From NCBI GenBank assembly GCA_045837725.1, contig JBEWZL010000031.1, positions 1 through 36,553 of the forward strand: a DNA stretch of 36,553 nt, given 5' to 3'. A program made the position numbers and the translations under genes. This DNA is from Vermamoeba vermiformis (Eukaryota). Positions 1 through 9,352 of the stretch are shown here, in pieces (the stretch's first letter is position 1; every line of letters starts with the position of its first letter). The notes under the pieces are model-generated. The model saw only the letters and a program-made list of their open reading frames with translations, ran no database searches and was not told the origin of the DNA.

Positions 1-145
1 AAAGAGTTCGCGCTAGGCGACATATCGCCTGAAATCTCGCGATAATCTCGCGAGATAAAAACACTTTGTATCGTTATTTATTGTACGCTTTACTCTTATA
101 TCAATAAACACAACTTACCGTTATTATTCCGACGGATATTCTACA
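1..145 (+). repeat. 5' LTR (truncated by the window edge; full length ~162 bp)
   Basis: Identical to the reassembled 3' LTR. Ends ...ATTCTACA and contains AATAAA at 103-108. Confidence 0.95.
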
Positions 146-147
146 TT

Positions 148-157
148 TGGTTCCGAT
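148..157 (+). promoter_or_regulatory. Primer-binding site (TGGTTCCGAT), possibly complementary to a tRNA-Glu 3' end
   Basis: TGG lies 2 nt after the LTR-terminal CA. The complement ATCGGAACCA resembles tRNA acceptor-end sequence plus CCA. The tRNA identity is inference. Confidence 0.65.
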
Positions 158-275
158 TTTGCGTGAACCGTTGTTGTAGATTCGGTTGTGGAAATTGATT
201 CGGAGTTGGCAAAACGTTGTATGAAAATTGTAATAACATCGCCAATAATTCCAATAATTATATTACAAGCCACCT

Positions 276-2373
276 ATGTCGTCAGACAATCGCATCCGTA
301 CGCGCTCTCAATCGCAGCGAGACCTGCTCGCATCTCAAGGGGGAGAAGCCCCGCCCAGCCAGCAGCCTAGCTCAAACGCTAGAGCGGACAGCTCAGCGCC
401 TGGGACTACCTCGACGGCCGCTCCCCTAGCACCGAGCTCAGAGGGGACGCGGACCAACTCAGGGATGAAAGACTCCCGCGAGAGTTCACGGTCGAGAGCT
501 AGTTCTCACGCCTCTGCAGCTGCTCCTAAGTCGCACGCCTCCCAGGCAGAGCCCGGCAATCAAGCTAGTCCGCGCAAAAGGTCAAGATCTCGCCAATCTG
601 ACCAAAGGGATGACAATGGCCGCTCCCCTAGCCCCAGGAGCTCGAGCCCCTCTCCCAAGCGCCGTGACCGAAGCTCGCGAAGGCACAGACGTCGATCCGA
701 ACGTAGAGACCGGCGCAGAAGTCGCCAATCAAGGTCCCGTTCTCGTGATCACAGATCTGATCGCCAAAAGCACCGCCGCGCTCGCCATTCTAAGTCTCGT
801 TCTCGTTCCCGCTCTCGCTCAGCAAGCTATGACAGCTCTTCAAGAAGCCGCTCAAGAAGTGCTTCTCGCGATCGTCGCCGATCTCGGAGAGAAAAATCTA
901 AGAGAACAAGCTCTAAGTCCCGCAAGCAGACGCGCACGCGTGAGGAAGGCACCAGACACTCGCGTCAACGCGATGTAGCTCAGCAAGGTGCCGTGATAAC
1001 CGTTACTGAGAATGAGACAACTCGTGACACAACTCAACAACCTCCACCTCGCGAACGAATTGACAACAGGGGGACTCAAGACAGCCCTTCTGACAACAAT
1101 TGGTCCCGCCCCGACCAAACTGCTCAAGACGCGCAGTTCGCGCAAGAAGTTCAGGAGTACGAAGAGTTCCGTCACATGACAATCGATTCAATCAAGCAGC
1201 TTCAACTCGAGACCAAGGACAACGCAAAGCACATACAGCTACTTGGGGAATCCCTTTCTGATATCAAGAGACAACTGACCAACCTCGTACACAAGATCGA
1301 GGAACACCAGCAGGACACTGTCCGTCAGTTGCAATTCTTGTCTGAGCCCAATTCAGGCGCGGAAGAGACTCGTGGTGCAGCTCCTAAGCGTGTTATTCCT
1401 GTTCATGGCTCAGCAGTTGCCAAGCGCTACACTCGCAAAGGCTCTGAAGTACCTAGCCACCAAAAGCCTCTCAATGAGAAAGAGATTCCGAGCGAATGCC
1501 TTTTCTTTTAGACTGGCATGAACAGCTGCAGAAAATTAGCTTACAACGCTGGTATACCAAGATCTTGCTTTGGCAAGCCATCCTCGACTGGAGTGATCGG
1601 CAGACTCTGCAATGCATGTGCCTCAGAGTTCGCGGAGAAGCTGCAACCTACATCGAGAGAGGAGATGTCATTGGCCCAGCTACAACTCCGGAGGACCTGT
1701 TCGAAATGTTCAGTGCTAATTTCTCAAACACTGCAACGGAGCTCTCGCTTTCACTCACTTTGGATAGCATTCACATGCAGACCAATGAGGGTGTCAGCGA
1801 CTACAATGCACGCTTCATGAAGACTCTGGCTCAAGTGGGAGACATTGACGAGTCGCGCAAGCTGATCGCGTACATTAAAGGCCTAAGCAGCAAGTACCGA
1901 GACATCATGGCCCTTGCACGACCATCAACCCTTGCTGCTGCAATGCAAGCATTGTCCCTCACTACCGCGTTCCAACAAGCCACCAATGTAACACCAACAG
2001 GCAACACGCCTGTTACAGCTACACCAGCCACTAGTTCCGTGTTACCAGCTGTCAGTGTCGCCAACACTGAGATGACCCAGTTGCTACAGACACTGGTCCA
2101 GTCCGTTAATAAGATGTCGACATCTCTGGAACAGTCAAAGTCTAACTTCAACAATAAGCCATTCTACCAGCGCTTCCAAGGACAGAACCAAAGTCAGACC
2201 TCAACCTCTGGGCAACCTAAGACCCAGATCCCCTCAAGTGCTGCAACACCCAAGCCGAATGGCTCAAGCTTCCAACGCTCTATAGATAACAATCCACGAG
2301 TGAGCGCAGCCCTTGAAAGGATAACCCTCAGAGGGACCTGGCTGAAGAGGGTATTGATCAGGAAAACGCCTAA
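276..2373 (+). CDS. gag: Gag-like protein with N-terminal Arg/Ser-rich domain, coiled coil and capsid-like domain (frameshifted near 1500 and ~2300)
   Basis: ORFs 276-1511 and 1496-2419. Capsid major-homology-like motif QTNEGVSDYNARF...AYIKGL. Likely true end is ...GIDQENA* at 2371-2373. Confidence 0.8.
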
Positions 2374-5300
2374 GTCGGGATGGCTCACCAGCCCTCCAGA
2401 AAAGACGTTCCCTCCTTGAGGCAGGACCTAGTCAATAATGAAGCCGACATCTCGTCAGTGGTGCCAGCGTCAATCCTCGATAAGTCCCTCATTTAGTGGA
2501 ACCAGGCCAAATCTGGGGTGGTTGGACCCATCAAATTAATAAATGGGTGAGTGCTCTATGCGCCTATTCAGCTGTTCAACAGACAGATCCAAGCTTTGTT
2601 GGATCAGTGGGACCTCGTGCAATCTAATCTCATCATCGGCGTGTCAAACGCCCAGAAACGAGACCAGAAGCAAAAGGTTAAAGTCAACTTCTAGCCACGT
2701 CAGGCTTCTGCCATCAACGACAGCAAACTCAAGATTGAAGGTACTGCTATTCTACCTATCCGGTTTGCAAATGGCCTCAGCTATGACGTGAAGTTTGCCC
2801 TGTCTCCAGAGATCAATCACCTCGTAGTGTTGGGCATGGACTTCATCAGGTTGACAAAGCCGTGCATGGACTTTGGCTCTGAGAATGTGTGGTTCCACGA
2901 GTCAACCCCTGACTACCCACAGCTACCCTTGAAGCGTAAGCGCACAAAGCCCAAGTCAACGCGACAGAGGCGCAGAGAGCTGCGCGCAGAGCAACGTGAA
3001 TTTATCAACTCTGTTACTGGCTATTCAATCAGTGACTTACTGGTCGACCCCTCCGAGGATACTGCTCGCGTGCCAGTTATCACACATGGCCACCTTAGTA
3101 TACCTGCGCGATCAGAGACACTGTTCTTGCTACCAACACCTGTGCACTATCGCTCTGCTCTAGTTGTGCCAGCAACCAACTTTTACCACCAGTATGGAGT
3201 ACAATTGGCTCTAGCTGTAGTTAGCATCAAGAACGGGAATGTTCCAATCCGTATCATCAATGCTAGTGAGCGAGAGGTCATCATCCCTCCATTACGGCGC
3301 ATCGCTCACTTAGAGACTTATGAACTCATCCAGACCTCTGACGAAGTCAACTCCGTAGATGACAGTCCTATGGATGAGGAATGGGTTGATGCGCGCTTCA
3401 AATTCACGAACACTAAGCTGAGTGCAGCCCAATTGCATGAAATCAAGCTATTAGTGTGGCGCAATCGAGACAGATTCAGTCAAGTGTTAGGCAACACCAA
3501 TGCAGCTGAACACCGGATCGATCTCACAACCGACACTACACCGAAAGCACACGGATATCGAATACCAGAGGCTCATTTGAAGGTGGTGCAAGGCGAGATA
3601 GATCGTATGCTGGATCTAGGAATCGTGGTTCCCTGGAAGCCGCCCATGTCAGCTCCTATTGTCTTGGTGAAGAAGAAAGATGGCACGCTACGGTTCTGTG
3701 TGGATTATCGCAAACTCAATGCGATCACTCAGAAGGACGTCTACCAACTGCCCCGTATCAATGACATCTTGGCCATACTCTCTGGCAATATCTTCTTCTC
3801 TACATTCGATGCTGACAGTGGCTTGTGGCAAGTAACTGTCCGACCAGAGGATCGTGCAAAGACTGCGTTCACTAGTCCCCTTTGGGCTATTCGAGTTCAA
3901 TAGGATGCCCATTGGGCTGTGTAATGCACCTGCTACATTTCAACGTTTGATGGATGTCGTCCTTTCAGGCCTCCTATGGAAGAATTGCCTGGTCTATATG
4001 GATGATATCATCGTATTTGGTCGCAGTTTCGACGAGCATCTCGACAATTTGACCCTAGTACTTGACGCCCTTCGAGCTGCCAACATCACTCTCAAGCCAT
4101 CAAAATGTAAATTGTTCTGCGAGGAGATTCAATTCCTTGGACATGTCGTGTCTTCAGCAGGAGTTGCAACAGACCCAGAGAAGGGGAACAAGATCAAGGA
4201 CATGCCAGCGCCACGCAATGCTCATGAAGTGAGAATATTCACTGGCCTCACTGGGTATTACAGAAAGTTCATTAAGAATTACGCCACAATTGCCGAACCC
4301 TTAAATAAGCTACTGCGTAAAGAAGGAGAGTGGCAATGGGACACTCCACAGCAACAAGCAGTTGACGAGTTGAAGAGGAGACTAACAGAAGCACCTATAC
4401 TGGCGTTCCCTGACTTCAATCTGCCCTTCGTACTGTTCACAGATGCATCAAATCACGGCATTGGTGCGGTGCTCTCTCAAGTTCAAGATGGCAAAGAGGT
4501 GGTAATCTGTTACTTCTCTCGAACCCTAAACGCTGCTGAACGAAACTATTCTACTACGGAACGAGAATGCCTGGCAATAGTTGACGCCGTCAAGAACTTC
4601 CGCTACTACCTAATTGGTCGTCGATTTGAAGTAGTGGTGGACCATCACAGCCTTCGATGGTTGAAGACAGTCGGAGACAATTCACAGCGCTTCACTCGTT
4701 GGAGTTTACAGCTACAAGAGTTTGATTACGACGTTTCTTATCGTCCTACCAAACAGCACGCCAACAGCGATGCCTGCTCACCACTTACTGGAGAAGTTGT
4801 CAATATGGTCAGCACAATCAGTGACTTCCGTGATGAGCAAATGCGAGATCCAATGCTTCATAGCTACATTGAATACTTGACAAAGAAGACTCTTCCACCT
4901 GATGTGAACTTCTGCGACAAGACATTATCAAGGCATGTGTCGAACTGATCAGTGATCGATGGACTGCTATTTAGAATCTGGCATTCTCAAGGCTTTCGTA
5001 ACAGCGAATCAAGATCTCAACTTGTCGTCCCGTTGACTTTATACGCCAAAGTTATTGAAGAGCATCACGATTCAAGCATTGTTTTTTAACTGGTTTCTTC
5101 AAGACATATGAACGAACCTGCGAACGCCATTTCTGGGATCATATGCTTCAAGACATCGCTACTTGGGTCTCGACCTGCGAGCAGTTATATCCGTCGTAAG
5201 CGAACAAAGTTAACTGGGCTACTACAACCCATACACTCTTCCGCACCATTCGAAACAATAGGAATGGACATATTAGGCCCCTTCAACCCTACACACGCAA

Positions 5301-6443
5301 TGGCAATCGCTACATTATCGTCATTGTCGACTACTTCACTAAGTGGGGCTGAAGCGTGCCTACTTCGAGATCAATCAACAATGGAGATTGCAAAGAAATC
5401 TATGGCAAGAAGCGTATATGCCGACATGGTGTCTCCTCGTCGTATCCTCACTGATCAAGGAAGCAATTTCTGGCCAGCACTGGCTCAAGACATCTACCGT
5501 GTGTTGAATTCAAAGAAGATGGGTACAACAGCCTACCATCCACAGACGGATGGCTGAACAGAAAAGTACCAACCACAGTCTTGCTACCATGCTGACTCAT
5601 TATGTCAACGAGTTTGAAGATGACTGGGACGACTATATCAATTATGTCCTATTTGCTTATCGCATTGCAGTGCATCACTCTACTAAGTACTCTCCGTTCT
5701 TCTTGTTATATGGGCGACAAGCACGAATGCCCAGTAACTTAGATCAATTCGAAAGAGTGGATGAGTCACAACCAGACATTGACGAGTATGCACGCGACTT
5801 GTTGCGTAAGTTGAACATAACCTACAGCGATGTACGCGACAACAATCTATTAGCAAAACAACGTCAAAAGAAGCAATACGATCGCATAAGGATCAAAGAA
5901 AGCATTAAGGTTGGAGACAAAGTTTATTTGGATTTGATAGTTGGATCAAAACTTTCGTACAAGAACGAAGGGCCTTTCAAAGTCACACATGTGAAAGGTT
6001 TAGTCTGTGACATTCAACATTTAGAAAACAAACGCGATGTTAGACGAGTCAACGTCAGTCAACTACGACACACACCAACTAGAATTAACAACAACGGAGA
6101 GAGCTCTTCTACCGACTCTCAACAGAACCACGAGTCTCATGTGGATAACAAAGAGATATTGCAATCAGCTGAGCCGCCTACCAGCGAGATTGTGCGCAAG
6201 AAGAAAACACGAGAGCCAACTCTTCTCAAAGATTTAACAAGAATCAAAGACAGCTTGTCAGAACCGAATTTTTCCTCCAACAAGAAATTGGTTCTTCAAT
6301 TGCTCGGCAAAGGATCGCCTTTCATTTCCTCCAGCAGATTAGAACAACAGTACGACAAGCAAATCAAAGCAACGGACAATGCCGAAGAATTGAAGAAATT
6401 TATTTCTGAAGTCATTCGCGACAACGGAGCGTCGCGTCTTTAA
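2361..6443 (+). pseudogene. pol: Pol polyprotein (protease, RT, RNase H, integrase with GPY/F module), broken by several frameshifts or stops
   Basis: Frameshifted ALLDSGTSCNLI protease site near 2592-2630. RT motifs LRFCVDYRKLN, MPIGLCNAPATFQR and YMDD. RNase H TDAS and NYSTTERECLA. Integrase GMDILGP, TDQGSNF and AYHPQTDG. GPF motif KVGDKV...EGPFKV. Confidence 0.92.
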
Positions 6444-6459
6444 AAGATGGGGGGAGGAA
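6442..6459 (+). promoter_or_regulatory. Polypurine tract
   Basis: AAAAGATGGGGGGAGGAA directly precedes the TG that starts the 3' LTR. Confidence 0.9.
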
Positions 6460-6600
6460 TGTAACACCACGCGCGAAAAGAGTTCGCGCTAGGCGACATA
6501 TCGCCTGAAATCTCGCGATAATCTCGCGAGATAAAAACACTTTGTATCGTTATTTATTGTACGCTTTACTCTTATATCAATAAACACAACTTACCGTTAT
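6460..6600 (+). repeat. 3' LTR, upstream part
   Basis: Starts TGTAAC; 6477-6600 is identical to 1-124. Confidence 0.95.
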
Positions 6601-6643
6601 CTTCCCCACCCCAGACCTCCACCCCGGACCTCCGCCCCGGACT
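6601..6643 (+). repeat. Left TIR (three ~13-bp CCACCCCGGACCT units)
   Basis: Matches the reverse complement of 8351-8393 at 40 of 43 positions. Confidence 0.93.
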
Positions 6644-6862
6644 AATTAATTAACGATTAAAAGCGTATTAATTTAGGTAAAGGGCTGATTAATTTTAATT
6701 ATATTAATATTAATGGATTATATTATATTGATAATTAAAGAGTTGGTATTGATAACGATTTAATAATTTACGCGCCAAAATTCAAAAAAATTTACCCGAT
6801 CCAAAAATTTCGGTTTTCCGTTTATTTTTAACAACCCACGAGCCATTAACACCACACCAGCA

Positions 6863-8307
6863 ATGGAAAACAATACAAATGTAAGTAATAGAGATATTTG
6901 ACCGGAAGAGTGGTACTTTTTTGTTCGTCTTTGAATTAGAAAGCAGAATTTAATTTTTTGGTTGCTGGATTTAGGCTCCGGAGAAAAAATCAAACCCACG
7001 AAAGCGAAAACGCACGCGCAAATTATCCAAAAAGCAGAAACGATTAAAGACAGTGTAAGTAACATTATATTAGGCCTGCTCCGTTCTTGATTCAGTTGTA
7101 ACGGCTACTTATGAAATTTCCTATTAGAGCGACTATTGCGGATCAGCTCAAAGCTGAGGGTTGGACACAGCTCGATAAGTGCCCTATTCGATTCCGAGAG
7201 ATGGAAGTGATATCTAAGGTCACTCTAAACACTGTCAACCCACTATCACCACTTCAGTGCTTTCGCATTCTTTGGACCGATGCCATTCATGACGCGTGGA
7301 TCAGTGCAGCACGTGCAAACATTCAACATAACTTTCAAGTGCTTCAGCCTGCTGCAATACACAATACTGGTTGGTTCTACATAGGATTCCATCTCAACCT
7401 CATAGCAGCACCTGCATCTTCAATAAGAGCCAATTTCAATGCACTTCAAGTCCTCCGGAACCACGATGTCTATGAAGGCCTTCACACAGCACGGGGTTCC
7501 ATCGACCCATACAACCTTGCCCAGCTATTGAGTGACTCTTTCACTGCTGCTGTGAACATAGGGTCCCATGTCTCTATTGATGAGATAATTGCTGAATCAA
7601 GCCTTGATAGCCCTGCAGTTTCAGTTGTCCCTCGAAAGCCCCACTCAAAAGGTGTCATTCTTTGGGGTGCTGGTGTCAAACTTCCATGCAACACTCCCTT
7701 TGTTGTGCGTGTAGTTCCAAAGACTGAAGACTTTGTAGACTGGACAACCCAACAGATAGTAGAGAAGTTGGTTTCTCCCATTAATGTCCCTCACAAGATT
7801 AATTTTGTGATGGATTCTTGGTTCGACAGTGCTGGAGTCAAAGAGTACATCAACTCAACAGGCCATTTTTATACATTAGGTGCTCATTCAAATCGAGACA
7901 AGAACTTTTGGGAGTGGGCCAAGACAGGTCTGCTTCCAAATACATGGCGACAGTTCTACAATGATACCACTGGAGTGCTTGCCAGCGTGTTTCACGACAC
8001 ATCAGTACACTCATGTACCAGCACCGCTTACAGAAAAGTGAACCTGATGAACCAGACACTCACTCGATGCCCTCTATCTGATGCTTATAAGGCACATTTC
8101 AACTACATAGACTTATTTGACCGGAGGTTCTATACTTTTGATATGCCTCATCGAGCCCACACCATCAAAGGCGTTCTGTTTGATGCTCTGCTACACATTG
8201 CTGTTATCAATGCGATGGTCCTGTACAACTCCCAAGAGGGAGTTAACCATTTTACTCTAGGAGAGTGGACAAAGGCACTATCCAAGGCCTTGTTGCCAGT
8301 TGTTTGA
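6863..8307 (+). CDS. piggyBac-like DDD transposase, ~425 aa; predicted exons 6863-6880, 6975-7054, 7128-8307
   Basis: Motifs VSIDE (D at 7579), PRKPHSKG..LW, VMDSWFDS (D at 7813) and YKAHFNYIDLFD (D at 8110). Two GTAAGT...TAG introns join in frame and add the basic stretch PRKRKRTRKLSKKQKR. AATAAA at 8332. Confidence 0.88.
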
Positions 8308-8350
8308 TATAGAATCACTATAATATATATAAATAAATGATGAATTTTTA

Positions 8351-8393
8351 AGACCGGGGTGGAGGTCCGGGGTGGAGGTCCGGGGTGGGGAAG
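8351..8393 (-). repeat. Right TIR
   Basis: AGACCGGGGTGGAGGTCCGGGGTGGAGGTCCGGGGTGGGGAAG, an inverted copy of 6601-6643. Confidence 0.93.
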
Positions 8394-8418
8394 TTATTAT
8401 TCCGACGGATATTCTACA
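8394..8418 (+). repeat. 3' LTR, terminal part (includes the duplicated TTAT)
   Basis: Identical to 121-145; ends CA. Confidence 0.93.
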
Positions 8419-8422
8419 ATTC

Positions 8423-9224
8423 TTACTCTTGCGTTGTTATCTCATCCAGCACTCGCTGAATTTCCGCAGTTTCTGCTTCAATTTGCATTTTCAGAAGCAA
8501 TGCTCCATATTCAAGCGCCTTTCGCTGAGACTTCTTATATACAATTAATCGACCCCCTATTTCATGAGGAAGCACTCGTGGCTCTTCAAAAATGTTTTCG
8601 ACTGAGACTGGATCGTAAGTCAAATCCACTTCGTAATAGTAATCTCTCGGATATTTGTTGTTTTTTAAATCAGCTCTTGTCCAATATTGAGAGAAAAAAG
8701 TCCATCGATAAGGATGAACTTTGATAACGACGTTGGGGCTTTCGAGTTCGCTGAAAAATCCACCGAGCTTTCTTTTCAGGCGTTGATTATTGACTAATAG
8801 CACGCAATATGCAACAACTTCTTTCTTTAAGTCGATCGAGGCCAATACACGCTTGTCTGTCAGATCGAGATCCGGATTAGGTCCTTCACGAACTTGTTTA
8901 AGCTCGTTTAATATCTTTTCAGCTCCTCCTAATGAACGGCAAACTCTAGCCCAAAAGGTATTATTCTAATAAGGCCGTTAAATTAAATTTCAAATTCATC
9001 AATTACAGATTTGACTTACGCCGCCAAGCAAATCGTGGTAATAGTATTTACATGTAATAATTAGTTGCACAAAATCATGTGTAGATAATGTATCTATCAA
9101 TAAGATCAAAATATCTTCAGGTAAGGCGCTGAAAAATCCTTCTCTTTGCAAATCAAAATTCCGAGCCTGGCTGAATAATGCTATTAGATAATTATTATTT
9201 ATATCAAACTTACGAATTTCCCAT
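8423..9224 (-). CDS. F-box domain protein, three predicted exons, possible N-myristoylation (MGNSQA)
   Basis: F-box motif FSALPEDILILLIDTLSTHDFVQLIITCKYY...NNTFW. Introns 9213-9171 and ~9019-8967 restore the frame into ORF 8423-8845. Confidence 0.65.
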
Positions 9225-9352
9225 GCTGCTCTTTTCGTGGTGAAATAATAATTATGTACCAATAAAGGAAAAAAGATTATCAATTTTATTCGAATTTCCT
9301 CCTTTTTTCTACGTTTCCAATTTCGGCTTACGCAAAAGTTGCAATTCACTCG

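Larger units (their letters stand above)
6601..8393 (+). mobile_element. piggyBac-superfamily-like DNA transposon, 1793 bp, nested in the 3' LTR
   Basis: 43-bp TIRs. TTAT is duplicated at 6597-6600 and 8394-8397, and the empty site is visible in the 5' LTR at 121-124. Encodes a DDD transposase. Confidence 0.93.
1..8418 (+). mobile_element. Ty3/Gypsy LTR retrotransposon (first ~17 bp lie outside the window; 3' LTR interrupted by a DNA transposon)
   Basis: Direct repeats: 1-124 = 6477-6600 and 121-145 = 8394-8418. LTR ends TG(6460)...CA(8418). PBS after the 5' LTR, PPT before the 3' LTR, and gag then PR-RT-RNaseH-IN order as in Gypsy elements. Confidence 0.96.

Noticed and set aside
1496-5557. 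Multiple separate genes or many programmed frameshifts in the retroelement
   Set aside because: Breaks fall inside conserved motifs such as the protease active site and RT TSPFG. Errors or decay explain them better.
6601-6643. GC-rich 13-bp repeats as a CRISPR array or telomere
   Set aside because: There are no spacers, and the repeats are mirrored at 8351-8393 as transposon TIRs.
6760-7065. 101-aa hydrophobic minus-strand ORF as a second transposon gene
   Set aside because: It is the antisense shadow of the A-rich, Lys/Arg-coding exon 2 and AT-rich introns, with no motifs.
7111-7127. ATG at 7111 as the transposase start
   Set aside because: It lies inside a predicted intron. Upstream exons with consensus splice sites join in frame and supply an NLS-like segment.
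8419-8600. tRNA gene next to the retrotransposon (Ty3/DGLT-A-like targeting)
   Set aside because: No A/B boxes or cloverleaf are visible on this flank. The other flank is outside the window.
8359-8724. 121-aa plus-strand ORF
   Set aside because: It is chimeric across TIR, LTR remnant and the antisense strand of the F-box gene.
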